Shown here one piece after another: positions 54,763 to 64,000 of a stretch of 64,000 nt of DNA. Position 1 is the first letter of the stretch; every line of letters starts with the position of its first letter. Below the pieces are notes generated by a model, which saw only the letters and a list, made by a program, of their open reading frames with translations, was not told where the DNA came from and did not search any database. Source of the DNA: Frankiales bacterium (GTDB lineage: Bacteria; Actinomycetota; Actinomycetes; Mycobacteriales; SCTD01). Made by a program: the position numbers and the translations under genes. Location: positions 539 through 64,538 of the forward strand of contig JAOPVP010000054.1 in the NCBI GenBank assembly GCA_025966135.1. Reading direction: 5' to 3'.

Positions 54763-55503
54763 ATGTACGCGCTCGAGCACGATGCCGTGGGGGCACCGGC
54801 CCCGGTACCCACGTCAACCTCGTCGTACTGGCGGTTCTACGAGCGGGTGGCTGCTGCGCAGCTTGCCGCGTGGATGCCCGAGGAACGAGCGCAGGTGCTG
54901 GACCTGTCCGGGGACGACACCCGGCGCACCACGCAGCTACGTGACGCCGGGCACGAGGTCTTCCACGTCGGGGCCTCCTCGATCGACGGCGTCCAGTCCG
55001 TCGACGCGGACAGTCGGTCGCTGGGGTGGCTGGCAGACAGCTGCATGGACGGGGTCGTGGCTGAGTCGCGCACCCTGTCGATGTCGCTCGCCACGGAGGA
55101 GATGGCGCATGACCTGATGCGGGTCCTGCGGCCCGGGGGGCGGCTGCTGGTCGTCGTCGACTCGCTGCTCGCCGGGCTGGCGCGGCTGGCACACCAGGGC
55201 CGGTGGGCTGAGCTCGCTGACGTGCCGTCCGCCGACGTCGTCCTGGTGCCCTCCAGCGACGGGACGATCAGCCGCTGCTTCTGGCCCGAGCAGCTGAGCG
55301 AGCTGCTCGAGACCGCCGGACTGGCTGTGGAGTGGGTGCGGCCCCGGTCGGTGCTCACCCCCGTCGCCGTCGAGCTCGCGCTGGCCTCGGGCGGCGACGA
55401 GGCGCTGTCCGAGCTCGTGAGCACCGAGCAGCGCCTGGCCGTCGACCACGAGCACGAGAACGCCGGCCTGCACCTGGTGGCCAGCGCCGTCAAGCCCGGT
55501 TAG
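54763..55503 (+). CDS. Class I SAM-dependent methyltransferase
   Basis: 246-aa ORF with VLDLSGDDTRRTTQL and LRPGGRLLVVVDS. Confidence 0.7.
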   Translation: MYALEHDAVGAPAPVPTSTSSYWRFYERVAAAQLAAWMPEERAQVLDLSGDDTRRTTQLRDAGHEVFHVGASSIDGVQSVDADSRSLGWLADSCMDGVVAESRTLSMSLATEEMAHDLMRVLRPGGRLLVVVDSLLAGLARLAHQGRWAELADVPSADVVLVPSSDGTISRCFWPEQLSELLETAGLAVEWVRPRSVLTPVAVELALASGGDEALSELVSTEQRLAVDHEHENAGLHLVASAVKPG

Positions 55504-55853
55504 CCCTCGCGCTCCTCGAAGCGCTCCTGGTCGGCGAGGCAGCGGGCGGCCTCGGGCCGGAACAGCAGGCGCTCCTCGGCGATCGGCTGGCCGCAGTCGA
55601 CGCAGATCCCGTAGGTCCCGGCGGCGAGGCGCGCGAGCGCCGCCTCAGCCTCCTTCTTGTGGACCAGCGCCGCCTCGATGAGCGCGTCCTCCCGGTCCGC
55701 CTCGGTGATCTCGCTGGCGTTGTCCTCGGAGTTGTGGTCGTGGTCGCCTACGTGCTCCTCGTCCTCCGCCTCCTCCGCCTCCAGGACGGCGATGGTCGCC
55801 TCGCTCTCGCGCACGACCTGCTCGAGGTCAGCCCGGATGGCGTCGAGGTCCAC
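55500..55853 (-). CDS. TraR/DksA-family zinc-finger protein
   Basis: ORF 55500..55916. I prefer GTG 55853 (AGGAG 8 nt upstream). C-terminus GICVDCGQPIAEERLLFRPEAARCLADQ, with an acidic N-terminal coiled region. Confidence 0.75.
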   Translation of the reverse strand: MDLDAIRADLEQVVRESEATIAVLEAEEAEDEEHVGDHDHNSEDNASEITEADREDALIEAALVHKKEAEAALARLAAGTYGICVDCGQPIAEERLLFRPEAARCLADQERFEEREG

Positions 55854-55914
55854 GAGGGTGGCTCCTGCTCTGTTGGGTCTTGGGCTCTTTCGGTGTGTTG
55901 CCTCTGAGGTGAGC

Positions 55915-57228
55915 ATGCCTTACGCGCGTCACCCGGCGGGAATTACCCTCCACTTCGTGCTGAAGCTGGTGCTCGTCACGTTGGGCACTGCCCTGGTGCT
56001 GCCCACCGCCGTGTCGGCCGCGCAGCACGCCGACAGCCTGCAGCTGCCCACCCCCGAGGCCGCCCGGGTTCAGCAAAGCAACCTCATCGTCGCGGTCGGC
56101 GGTCGCCCCGACCGGTTGCTGAAGTCCGACGTCCCCGGACCGGTGGTCAACACGGAGACGGTGCGGGTCGGGCTCGGCGGCGACGGGGGTGTCCGTTCGG
56201 TCCTTGCCGACCAACGACTCCAACTCGAGGGCGAAGGCGACTACGCGATCCGGGAGCGTGGTCCGGCCCGCTCGGCGGTGAGCCTGTCGCAGGAGCCGCC
56301 GCCCGTGACCCGCCGCGGAGCAGTTGTGTGGCAGGGCTTCTCCCCCGGCCGGCGTGAGCTCGGGGCCCGCCTGACGCTCGACCCCCTCATCGAGGCGCAG
56401 CACCTGCCCCTCACCGTGAAGGTCACCTTCAGGGGCAAGGCCGGCACGGCCTCGACCCTGCTCGACGGCGGGCGCATCCCCGGACCGGGGACGATCAGCG
56501 TGACCGTCAGCAACGTCACCAGCCAGCCCGCCGAGCTGCCGACCGCCTACGACGCCACACCGACCCTCCTCGCGGGCGCGCTCGACAAGGCTCTGGCCGT
56601 GGCCCGTCACGCGACAGCGGCCCGGCTGCCAACCACCGACGACCTCCTACCGAAGTTCCTCGCTGTCAGCGGCGCCGCCCGGGTCCAGGCCTCCCAGGCA
56701 GTACCCCTACGACTGCAGGGAGCGCTTCGGCTCATCGGTACGGCGGGGACCGTCAGCGGGCCTGCCACCACTGCGTCGCCGGACGGCGCGACCTTCGCCG
56801 GCACGCTCGGCGGGGTCAACGGCACCTCCGACGTGACGTTCAGCGTGGCGGCTGTCGGGTCCGGCAGCCTGGCGCTCGACCTGACCGCGGTGAACGCCCT
56901 CAACCCGACCGAGCTCACGCCGCCGGGCGGGTTCGCGACCTGGCGGGAGTGGGCCGCGGCCGGGCCAGGCCAGCAGGAGCGGAAGGCAGCCCTCGACCTG
57001 CTCGTCGAGGTGGCGGCCACGGGCGCGAGGGCGTCGTCGTACAGCCCGTACCTGGGAGCAGACCTGGCGGGGGCCGGGTCGACGACGTTCAGCTACGGCT
57101 TCGCCCCCGCGGTGCAGCAGACCGCGGCCACGCAGGTGCTGCACCCGCGGTGGGGGGCGATCTCGCTGGCCGGGCTCGCGCTGCTGCTGCTGCTCACCAA
57201 CGGCATCCTGATCTGGCGCCGCTCCTAG
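55915..57228 (+). CDS. Secreted protein with a C-terminal membrane anchor, unknown function
   Basis: Frame of ORF 55657..57228. ATG 55915 follows GAGG. Signal-like LVLVTLGTALVLPTAVSAAQ. C-terminal TM AISLAGLALLLLLTNGILIWRRS. Confidence 0.65.
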   Translation: MPYARHPAGITLHFVLKLVLVTLGTALVLPTAVSAAQHADSLQLPTPEAARVQQSNLIVAVGGRPDRLLKSDVPGPVVNTETVRVGLGGDGGVRSVLADQRLQLEGEGDYAIRERGPARSAVSLSQEPPPVTRRGAVVWQGFSPGRRELGARLTLDPLIEAQHLPLTVKVTFRGKAGTASTLLDGGRIPGPGTISVTVSNVTSQPAELPTAYDATPTLLAGALDKALAVARHATAARLPTTDDLLPKFLAVSGAARVQASQAVPLRLQGALRLIGTAGTVSGPATTASPDGATFAGTLGGVNGTSDVTFSVAAVGSGSLALDLTAVNALNPTELTPPGGFATWREWAAAGPGQQERKAALDLLVEVAATGARASSYSPYLGADLAGAGSTTFSYGFAPAVQQTAATQVLHPRWGAISLAGLALLLLLTNGILIWRRS

Positions 57229-57881
57229 CTCGGCTCCACGAGCTGGGCGCCGTTGTTGCGCACGTTTCCGACGTCCTTGCCGACCGGCCAGGCGTCCAGA
57301 ACCCCTGGCGTTCCTGGGATCAGGAGGGTTCCCGGGTCGGGCAGGTCAGGGTCGAGCCAGGTGCTCCAGGCCTCGCGCGGGACGAGCAACGGGGTGCGGT
57401 CGTGGATCTCGCCCAGCTCGTCCGGGGCCGAGGTCGTGATGATCGTGCACGTCGAGAGCCACTCGCCCTCCGGCGACTTCCAGTGCTCGTAGAGCCCGGC
57501 CATTGCCAGCGGCGAGCGATCCTGCGACGTCAGGTAGTACGGCTGCTTGCCGGTGCCCTCGACCTTCCACTCGTAGTAGCCGTCGGCGGGCACCAGGCAG
57601 CGCCGCTTGGCATAGGCCGCCCGGAAGGCCGGTTTCTCGGTGAGCGACTCCATGCGAGCGTTGATCAGGCGCGCACCTCCCTTGGCGTCCTTGGCCCAGG
57701 AGGGCACCAGACCCCACCTGAGCACGCGCAGCCGGCGGGCACCCTTGTCGACAACGGCGTACACGGGGTCGGTGGGGGCGACGTTCCAGGAGGGGGGCAG
57801 CACCTCCTCCGGCGGCTCCTCGACCTCGAAGTACGAGACGAGGTCGTCGGGGCGCCGGCTGGAGGCGTAGCGGCCACACAC
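57225..57881 (-). CDS. SOS-response-associated peptidase (SRAP/YedK, abasic-site processing)
   Basis: 218-aa ORF with N-terminal MCGRY (catalytic Cys2), SWNVAPT, INARMES and DGYYEW. Confidence 0.9.
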   Translation of the reverse strand: MCGRYASSRRPDDLVSYFEVEEPPEEVLPPSWNVAPTDPVYAVVDKGARRLRVLRWGLVPSWAKDAKGGARLINARMESLTEKPAFRAAYAKRRCLVPADGYYEWKVEGTGKQPYYLTSQDRSPLAMAGLYEHWKSPEGEWLSTCTIITTSAPDELGEIHDRTPLLVPREAWSTWLDPDLPDPGTLLIPGTPGVLDAWPVGKDVGNVRNNGAQLVEPS

Positions 57882-57896
57882 CTCAGGTCTCCACGG

Positions 57897-59099
57897 CTAC
57901 TGCGGCACCGCGGGCAGGTCGGTCGAGAGCTTGTCGTCCGTGTTGGGGACGAAGCGCATGCCCTCGAAGTGCGCGAAGTACATGTCGTCGGGGCTCACGC
58001 CCTCCCGGTCGTCGGGTCCGAAGCCGCGCTCGTCGCCGTTGGCGCCGGTGATCGTGACGGCTTGCAGGGCGGCGTAGACCTTGGCGCGGTCGGTGCTGCC
58101 CGCGCGGTCGAGGGCTGCGGACAGCAGCCTCACGGCGTCGTAGGGGTAGGTCGACCAGTCCGGCGGCATGACCACCATCTTCCCCCCTGAGCGGACCCCG
58201 ACCACGTCCGGCCCGTAGGCCTTCTCGTAGGCCTTGCGATAGGCCGCGAACGGCGCGCCACCGACCTCGCTGGTGATGCGGAAGGACACGAAGGTGAGCC
58301 CGTCGACCCAGTGTGGCTGGTCGGCCAGGCGTTGCCGTACCAACGGGTCCTCCCCCGCCGGGCCGGAGTAGACCGGCACGTCCCAGCCGGTGCCGCGGGC
58401 AGCCCGCAGGATCGAGGCGACTCCGGACGCGCGGGCCCAGACGACGAGCACCTTCGCGCCGCTGCGGCGGGCCTGCAGCACCTGGGCGCTGACGTCACCT
58501 GCCCCCTCAGGCACGGTCTGGTCCGAAACCACCCTGACCTCGTCATGAAGCAGGTCGGCCTTCACGTTCGCGGAGCCCTCGCGTCCGTAGGAGGAGTCGT
58601 CGCCGATGATCCCCACCGGCTGGCCGGGCCGGGTGTCGGCCAGGTAGTCGGCCAGCCGCCGGCACAGGTAGGTGTTGGACGGTGCCAGCCGGAACAGCGT
58701 GGGCAACGCCGCCGGGTCGGTCAGCGAGGCGCTGCCCTCGAAGGTGATGAACACCGGCAGCTTCACCGGGTCGGTCACGGCCGCGATCGCCTTGGCCCCG
58801 ACCCCGTCGGTGATGATCGCAACGGCCCCTTCGTCGACGGCACGCCGGGCGTTGGCCGCGGCCGTCTGCGCGGACCCGCCGTTGTCGAGCACCTCGATCC
58901 TGAGGTGACGTCCCGTGCCGGCGTTGACCTGCCGGGCGGCCAGCTCGGCCCCCTTCCTGAGGAAGCCTCCGATCCACGGCTGCGCGGTCAGAGGCGCCGA
59001 GACGACCACCAGCGCCTCGCCCGTCGCTGCCGACCCGGACGTGCCGCTGCATGCGGTCAGCCCGAGGCCGAGGGCCAGGACGGTGGCGAAGAGCCTCAC
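57897..59099 (-). CDS. Branched-chain amino-acid-type ABC transporter substrate-binding lipoprotein
   Basis: 400-aa ORF with lipobox LGLTAC and a type-1 periplasmic binding fold pattern. It is the last gene of the liv-like operon. Confidence 0.8.
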   Translation of the reverse strand: MRLFATVLALGLGLTACSGTSGSAATGEALVVVSAPLTAQPWIGGFLRKGAELAARQVNAGTGRHLRIEVLDNGGSAQTAAANARRAVDEGAVAIITDGVGAKAIAAVTDPVKLPVFITFEGSASLTDPAALPTLFRLAPSNTYLCRRLADYLADTRPGQPVGIIGDDSSYGREGSANVKADLLHDEVRVVSDQTVPEGAGDVSAQVLQARRSGAKVLVVWARASGVASILRAARGTGWDVPVYSGPAGEDPLVRQRLADQPHWVDGLTFVSFRITSEVGGAPFAAYRKAYEKAYGPDVVGVRSGGKMVVMPPDWSTYPYDAVRLLSAALDRAGSTDRAKVYAALQAVTITGANGDERGFGPDDREGVSPDDMYFAHFEGMRFVPNTDDKLSTDLPAVPQ

Positions 59100-60796
59100 G
59101 CAGGAACCTCCGGGATACCGAGGTAGGCGCGGCGAACGGCCGGGTGCGCGCGCACCACGTCGACGGGTCCGGTCGCGAGGACCCGGCCTACGTCGAGCAC
59201 GGTGACCCGGTCGGCGACCTCGCCGACGAGTCGCATGTCGTGCTCGACGAGCAGCACCGCCCTGCCGTTCCCGGCCAAGGTGCGGAGGACGCCGCCCAGC
59301 CGACTCCGCTCATCGGCCGTCATCCCGGCCGCGGGCTCGTCAAGCAGCAGTACCCGCGCGCCGGTCGCGACGGCCCTGGCGACCTGCAGAAGCCGCTGGT
59401 CACCGGAGGTGAGCCGCTGCGGGTCGGCCCCGACGACGTGCAGCAGCCCGACCTCGTCGAGTGCGCGGGTCACGACGGCGGCCTGGCCGGTCTGCCGCGA
59501 GGACGGCGTGGCCAGCAGGTGCCGCACCACCGCGTACGACGGTCGCGCCCCGCCCCGGGCGCCGACCGCGACCTGCTGGTCCGCGGCGAGGCGCGGCATG
59601 ACGACGTTGTGCTGCGGGGTCCGCGCGACGCCGACCCGCACCCGGTCCTGCACGTCTCGGGCGTGATGCACGATCCCTGCGATCTCCACGGTGCCGGTGC
59701 TGAGGTCGCCCGCCAGGGCTTTGAGCAGCGTCGACTTCCCACTGCCATTGGGACCGATGAGGGCATGCACCTCGCCGCCCCGCAGCACGATGCCGGCATC
59801 GGCCAGGGCCACCACACCGTCGTACGACACGTCGAGACCGCTGGCCTGCAGGAGGACCGGGCGCGCCGGGTCGTGATGAGGGGCGGCCGCCGTCGCCGGA
59901 GGTCCGGGCGGCGGGCCGGGATGGGCGAGCCGCCGACCAACCGGCCCGCGCAGGGCAAGTACCGCCACGAGCAACGCTGCGGTGAGGACTCCTCGGGACC
60001 GCTCCACGTCGAGCCCGCCGCTGGTGGCGAGGGCATCGGCGATCGGTGGCAGGGCCGTGAGGACCGCGACGCCCAGCACGGGCCCCCACCATCGCGCCGT
60101 GCCCCCGAGCAGCACGGCGACGAGCAGCTGCAGTGAGACGAGCGGGCTGACGTCGGAGGGTGCGACGAGGCCGAGCAGGACGGTGCTCCCGGCGCCGGAG
60201 AGTGCCCCCAGCGCCGCAGTTGCCGTGAAGACGGTGCGACGACGGGACGCGACGGGGATCCCCAGGGAGGCGGCGAGCGACGGGCCCTCGCGGAGGGCGG
60301 CCAGGTCGAGTCCGGCCGGCCCGCGGTCGAGGCGGACCAGGACGCCGACGAGGGCGAGACACAGCAGAGCGACAACGACGACGTGCACGGTCGGCGTCAG
60401 CACCAGGTCGAGACCGAGGGCTGGCGACACCAGGTGAGCGGGCGACGGTCTGGTGAGCCCATCGGCACCGCCGGTCAGGTCCGGGTAGGCCAGCAGGATG
60501 CGCTGGACGAGCCAGGCCAGCGCCCACGTGGCCAGGGCGAGGTAGGCACCCTCGATCCGCGAGGCTCCGACCGCGACCAGGTGTCCAAGGAGCCCGGCCG
60601 CGAGAACGCTTGCGGCGCAGGCGATCCCGAGCGGCCAGCCCTCACCGCCGGGGCCGAGCAGCGCGGTGCCGTAGGCGCCGACGGCGACGAAGGCACCCTG
60701 CCCGAGCACCGGCAGACCGGCGTACGAGACGGACAGCGCCAGCCCGAGTGCCGCCACCAGCAGCCACAGGGCCTGGGCCAGGTCGACGGCGCTCAC
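59096..60796 (-). CDS. Fused branched-chain amino-acid ABC transporter permease (LivM-like) and ATP-binding (LivG-like) protein
   Basis: 566-aa ORF. The N-terminal roughly 290 aa are polytopic membrane. The C-terminal half has Walker A GPNGSGKST, signature LTSGDQRLL and Walker B LLLDEPAAGM. Confidence 0.85.
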   Translation of the reverse strand: MSAVDLAQALWLLVAALGLALSVSYAGLPVLGQGAFVAVGAYGTALLGPGGEGWPLGIACAASVLAAGLLGHLVAVGASRIEGAYLALATWALAWLVQRILLAYPDLTGGADGLTRPSPAHLVSPALGLDLVLTPTVHVVVVALLCLALVGVLVRLDRGPAGLDLAALREGPSLAASLGIPVASRRRTVFTATAALGALSGAGSTVLLGLVAPSDVSPLVSLQLLVAVLLGGTARWWGPVLGVAVLTALPPIADALATSGGLDVERSRGVLTAALLVAVLALRGPVGRRLAHPGPPPGPPATAAAPHHDPARPVLLQASGLDVSYDGVVALADAGIVLRGGEVHALIGPNGSGKSTLLKALAGDLSTGTVEIAGIVHHARDVQDRVRVGVARTPQHNVVMPRLAADQQVAVGARGGARPSYAVVRHLLATPSSRQTGQAAVVTRALDEVGLLHVVGADPQRLTSGDQRLLQVARAVATGARVLLLDEPAAGMTADERSRLGGVLRTLAGNGRAVLLVEHDMRLVGEVADRVTVLDVGRVLATGPVDVVRAHPAVRRAYLGIPEVPA

Positions 60797-61719
60797 CGCC
60801 TGAGCCCCTGCGGGCGCAGGGCAAGCAGCACGACGAGCAGCGAGAGCGGCGCGACGTCCTGCAGCGAGGCCCCACCGGCGTAGACCGCGACGGCCTGCAA
60901 CAGCCCCAGTGCCAGGCCCCCGGCGAGCGCCCCGCGCAAGGACCCGGGCCCGCCGAGCAGGGCCGCGGCGATGCCTTCAAGACCGAGGACCACACCGTCG
61001 TCCACGGAGACCGCCCGCCCAGGGGCGTCGAGCAGCCCAGCCAGGCCCGCGAGCAGGCCGGCGGCGAGGAACGCGACCAAGACGACCCGGCCGGCGTTGA
61101 CGCCGCACAGGGCGGCGGCGTCCGGGTCGTCCGCGACGGCCCGCAGCGAGCGGCCGAACCGCGAGCGCACGAGGAACTCCTCGACCAGGACCCCGACCAG
61201 CACGCCCAGCACCAGGACGCCGACGGTCCGCACCGGCAGCGTGCTGCCACCCGGCAGGTGCACGAGTCCGTCCGACGTCCACGACGCCAGGCGCAGGGGA
61301 TCGGGTACGGCGTAGCCCTCCTGCGGCAGGAGCAGGCCGAGCACGGCCCGCAGGAGCAGCCCGGCCGCCACGCCTCCGGCGACCCAGCCGAGGGCATCCG
61401 CCGGCCGGCCACGGCGGACGTCCGGCAGGTATGGCCTGACCGCGACGACAGCGATCAGCCCGGCGAGCACGGCACCCGCCGCGAGCACGAGCAGCACGAA
61501 CTCCACCGAGCGCCCCGGACCCAGCAGGCTGGCGACCGGAGTGCGACCCAGGACCCCGAGGACGCCGGCGAAGACCGACGCGACGACGACGTCACCGTGA
61601 GCGAGGTGCAACACGCGGACCGTGCCCGCGATGAGAGTGAAGCCGAGCGCCACCAGGCCGAGGACCGCGCCGGCCGAGAGCCCGGCGAGCACGACCTGGA
61701 GGACAAGCCCCGCGTCCAT
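60793..61719 (-). CDS. Branched-chain amino-acid ABC transporter permease (LivH-like)
   Basis: 308-aa polytopic ORF. LHLAHGDVVV is typical of the LivH N-terminal region. ATGA-type overlap with the downstream gene. Confidence 0.85.
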   Translation of the reverse strand: MDAGLVLQVVLAGLSAGAVLGLVALGFTLIAGTVRVLHLAHGDVVVASVFAGVLGVLGRTPVASLLGPGRSVEFVLLVLAAGAVLAGLIAVVAVRPYLPDVRRGRPADALGWVAGGVAAGLLLRAVLGLLLPQEGYAVPDPLRLASWTSDGLVHLPGGSTLPVRTVGVLVLGVLVGVLVEEFLVRSRFGRSLRAVADDPDAAALCGVNAGRVVLVAFLAAGLLAGLAGLLDAPGRAVSVDDGVVLGLEGIAAALLGGPGSLRGALAGGLALGLLQAVAVYAGGASLQDVAPLSLLVVLLALRPQGLRR

Positions 61720-61725
61720 CTCGCG

Positions 61726-62250
61726 TCAGCCGAAGGGGAGCGGGGCGGAGCTCGGCCCGCGTGACGCGGTCGGCAGGATCGGGCTTCCCCCGCCCGGACG
61801 GGCGTGGGAGACGGCAACCAGCCAGTCGGTCCGGCAGGTGTCGCGCACGAGCATCTTGTAGATGCCGCGCACATCGCCGCGGCCGAAGGGCGCGTCGGCC
61901 TCGGCGGGCTCGGCGTCCCCGCGGCCCAGCGTGAAGCCGGCCTTCTGCACCTCCCTGACCACGAACAGCACGCTCTGCTGCAGCGACGTCGCGGTGCTGA
62001 ACCGCACGATCGTGAGGCCCTCCTTGGTCCTCGTCGTGCGTCCCAGGGTCGCCGCCGGTGGCTGCGGGAGATCGGCCGGCACCTCGACCGGCCAGACGAA
62101 CCGTGCCTTCGCCACGGCTGGGCACTGCGCGGCCGTTGGCTGAGGCGCCTGTGAGAACGTCGGCCCCGCAGTAGGGGCCGCAGTGGGCGTGGAACCTCCG
62201 CACGCGCTGACCAGCAGGAGAGCCCCGAGGGCCAGGGAGAGGCGCTTCAT
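61726..62250 (-). CDS. Lipoprotein of unknown function
   Basis: 174-aa ORF with lipobox MKRLSLALGALLLVSAC. Confidence 0.65.
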   Translation of the reverse strand: MKRLSLALGALLLVSACGGSTPTAAPTAGPTFSQAPQPTAAQCPAVAKARFVWPVEVPADLPQPPAATLGRTTRTKEGLTIVRFSTATSLQQSVLFVVREVQKAGFTLGRGDAEPAEADAPFGRGDVRGIYKMLVRDTCRTDWLVAVSHARPGGGSPILPTASRGPSSAPLPFG

Positions 62251-62307
62251 GGTGCAGGGAGGATACGGGCAACCAGGGCGCCGGGGTTGGCCTGCGACGA
62301 TGGTGCG

Positions 62308-63582
62308 GTGAGCAGCACTCCCTGGCCGGCGCCACGCGCGACGCAGCCCCTCGACGCCGTCGTAGCCCTGCCCGGCTCGAAGTCACTGACGAACCGGGCG
62401 CTGGTGCTCGCCGCCCTGGCCGACGGCCGAAGCGTCGTACGGCGTCCGCTGCGCAGCCGCGACACCGAGCTGATGGCCACCGCGTTGCGCGTGCTCGGGG
62501 TCGGCGTCACGGACGACGGTGAGGACTGGGTGGTCGACGGCGTTCCCGGCGCGCTGGTGCCGACCGGCTCCTCGGTCGAGGTCGGCAACGCCGGCACCGT
62601 CGCCCGCTTCCTGCCCCCCGTCGCCGCCCTCGCCACGGCCCCCGTGGCCTTCGACGGTGACCCGCGGGTGCGGGAGCGACCGCTGGGCCCGCTTCTCGTC
62701 GCGTTGCGGGAGCTGGGCGCCGACCTGTCGTCCGTCGAGGCACTTCCCCTCACTGTGCGCGGGACCGGCGTGCTGCGGGGCGGTTCCGTGGTACTCGATG
62801 CCTCGCAGAGCTCGCAGCTGGTGAGCGGCCTCCTGCTCGTCGCACCGCGCACCTCCGTCGGGGTGGCCGTGCGGCACGAGGGCGGCCGGCTGCCGAGCGC
62901 ACCGCACCTGGCGATGACCGTCGACGCCCTGCGCGCCTCGGGTGCGACCGTCGACGACACCGTCCCCGGCGTCTGGCGGGTCGCACCCGGGCCGCTGCTG
63001 CCGCGCGACGCTGCCGTCGAGCCGGACCTGTCGACCGCCGCCGCCTACCTCGCGGCGCCGTTGCTGGCCGGCGGGTCGGTCACCGTCGCGGGCTGGCCCC
63101 TGGGGACGCGGCAGCCCGGCGCGGTGCTGCCCGACCTGCTCGAGGCCATGGGTGGCGTCGTCACGCGTACGGCGGACTCCGTCACCGTTGCCGCCGGCGA
63201 CGGCCTGCGCGGGATCGACGCCGACCTCGCCGACGCCCCGGAGCTGACAATGGTCCTCAGCGCCCTCGCGGCTCTGGCCGACTCCCCCAGCCGCTTCCGC
63301 GGGGTCGCCCACATCCGGCTGCAGGAGACCGACCGCCTCAAGGCACTAGCCACCGAGCTCGGCAGGGCCGGCGGCGACGCCGTCGAGACCGAGGACGGCA
63401 TCGAGATCCGGCCGGCGAAGCTCCACGGGGCGCTGCTGTCCTCCTACGACGACCATCGGGTCGCGATGGCCTGGGCGGTCCTCGGGCTCGGCATCGACGG
63501 CATCGAGGTCGACGACATCGCGACCACCCGTAAGACGGTGCCCGACTTCGTCGGTTCCTGGACCGGGCTGCTCGGGGGCTGA
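62308..63582 (+). CDS. aroA: 3-phosphoshikimate 1-carboxyvinyltransferase (EPSP synthase)
   Basis: ORF 62287..63582. GTG 62308 gives VSSTPWPAPRATQPLDAVVALPGSKSLTNRALVLAALADG. Also YDDHRVAMAWAVLG. Confidence 0.92.
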   Translation: MSSTPWPAPRATQPLDAVVALPGSKSLTNRALVLAALADGRSVVRRPLRSRDTELMATALRVLGVGVTDDGEDWVVDGVPGALVPTGSSVEVGNAGTVARFLPPVAALATAPVAFDGDPRVRERPLGPLLVALRELGADLSSVEALPLTVRGTGVLRGGSVVLDASQSSQLVSGLLLVAPRTSVGVAVRHEGGRLPSAPHLAMTVDALRASGATVDDTVPGVWRVAPGPLLPRDAAVEPDLSTAAAYLAAPLLAGGSVTVAGWPLGTRQPGAVLPDLLEAMGGVVTRTADSVTVAAGDGLRGIDADLADAPELTMVLSALAALADSPSRFRGVAHIRLQETDRLKALATELGRAGGDAVETEDGIEIRPAKLHGALLSSYDDHRVAMAWAVLGLGIDGIEVDDIATTRKTVPDFVGSWTGLLGG

Positions 63583-64000
63583 TGGTGCCGCGCGAGCTCG
63601 ACGAGGATGACGTCCGCGTCCGCCCGCCCCGCAGTACCCGTCCCCGCACCAAGTCCCGTCCAGGGCACGAGGACGCCGCCGCAGGCCAGGTGGTGACGGT
63701 CGACCGCGGCCGCTACCGCGTACAGATCGGGGACGGCGTGGTCACGGCGGTGCGCGCCCGCGAGCTCGGTCGTCGCGCCGTCGTGGTCGGCGACCGCGTC
63801 GCCCTGGTCGGCGACCTGACCGGCGGTCCGGACGCCCTCGGGCGGGTGGTGCGGGTCGAGCCCCGCACCTCGCTGCTTCGCCGTACCCCTGATGACAGTG
63901 ACCCGGTGGAACGCGCGGTCGTCGCGAACGCCGAAGTGCTCGTCGTCGTGACCGCGCTCGCCGACCCGGTTCCCCGGCCCCGACTCATCGACCGCTGCCT
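63582..64000 (+). CDS. rsgA: Ribosome small-subunit-dependent GTPase A, N-terminal part (cut by the window end)
   Basis: Absent from the ORF track because it has no stop in the window. ATG 63582 overlaps the aroA stop (TGATG). My translation: MVPRELDEDDVRVRPPRSTRPRTKSRP...VVTVDRGRYRVQIGDGVVTAVRARELGRRAVVVGDRVAL...ANAEVLVVVTAL (OB-fold region). The position after aroA matches the mycobacterial order as I recall it. Confidence 0.75.
   Translation, partial: MVPRELDEDDVRVRPPRSTRPRTKSRPGHEDAAAGQVVTVDRGRYRVQIGDGVVTAVRARELGRRAVVVGDRVALVGDLTGGPDALGRVVRVEPRTSLLRRTPDDSDPVERAVVANAEVLVVVTALADPVPRPRLIDRC

Noticed and set aside
54134-55192. Full 352-aa minus ORF, and ORF 53763..54944 (+)
   Set aside because: Only the last 201 codons (from GTG 54739) look like an alpha/beta hydrolase. 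The upstream part overlaps the methyltransferase gene on the other strand and is Pro/Arg-rich.
55914-55917. Head-to-head ATG codons sharing the palindrome GCATGC (dksA-like ATG 55916 and secreted-protein ATG 55915)
   Set aside because: Overlapping divergent starts leave no promoter space. The dksA-like gene has a better start at GTG 55853 with an AGGAG 8 nt upstream.

Overview
High-GC actinobacterial chromosome segment. Hand counts of two 60-nt core samples gave 41/60 and 44/60 G+C. The window is densely coding, with about 75 genes, many joined by ATGA/GTGA/TGATG stop-start overlaps. The long antisense ORFs in the six-frame track are mostly GC-driven artefacts. Content in order: a metal-homeostasis block (csoR-copZ-copA; a Co/Ni-type P1B-4 ATPase with a divergent ArsR/SmtB sensor; a second ArsR plus an SRPBCC protein). 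Then two TetR-controlled operons, crcB-DUF190-crcB, kgd, an amino-acid ABC transporter, rmlC and sodX/sodN (Ni-SOD). Then an anti-sigma/SigB-like pair, whiB1-pdtaS, a biotin cluster (bioF, bioD, bioB, bioA) coupled to tag, a lone pilT, pepP and the 24-aa ribosomal protein bL37. Then two epimerases, sigR-rsrA, a DtxR-family regulator, a Liv-type ABC transporter, aroA and the start of rsgA. The whiB1-pdtaS ... sigR-rsrA ... aroA-rsgA order resembles, from memory, the conserved mycobacterial core region. I saw no rRNA, tRNA or CRISPR array. I did not find a convincing new multi-gene system. The most unusual object is a decayed, low-GC integrative element of about 1.5 kb inserted into the last codons of sodN. 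It is bounded by a 20-bp direct repeat that rebuilds the sodN 3' end, and it separates sodN from its strong terminator. Other items worth checking: several operator/promoter candidates (CsoR, two ArsR, CRP at whiB1, a SigR-type autoregulatory promoter); a weak candidate for a divergent fluoride riboswitch; an 11-bp hairpin across the bioB stop and bioA start; three short genes absent from the ORF track.
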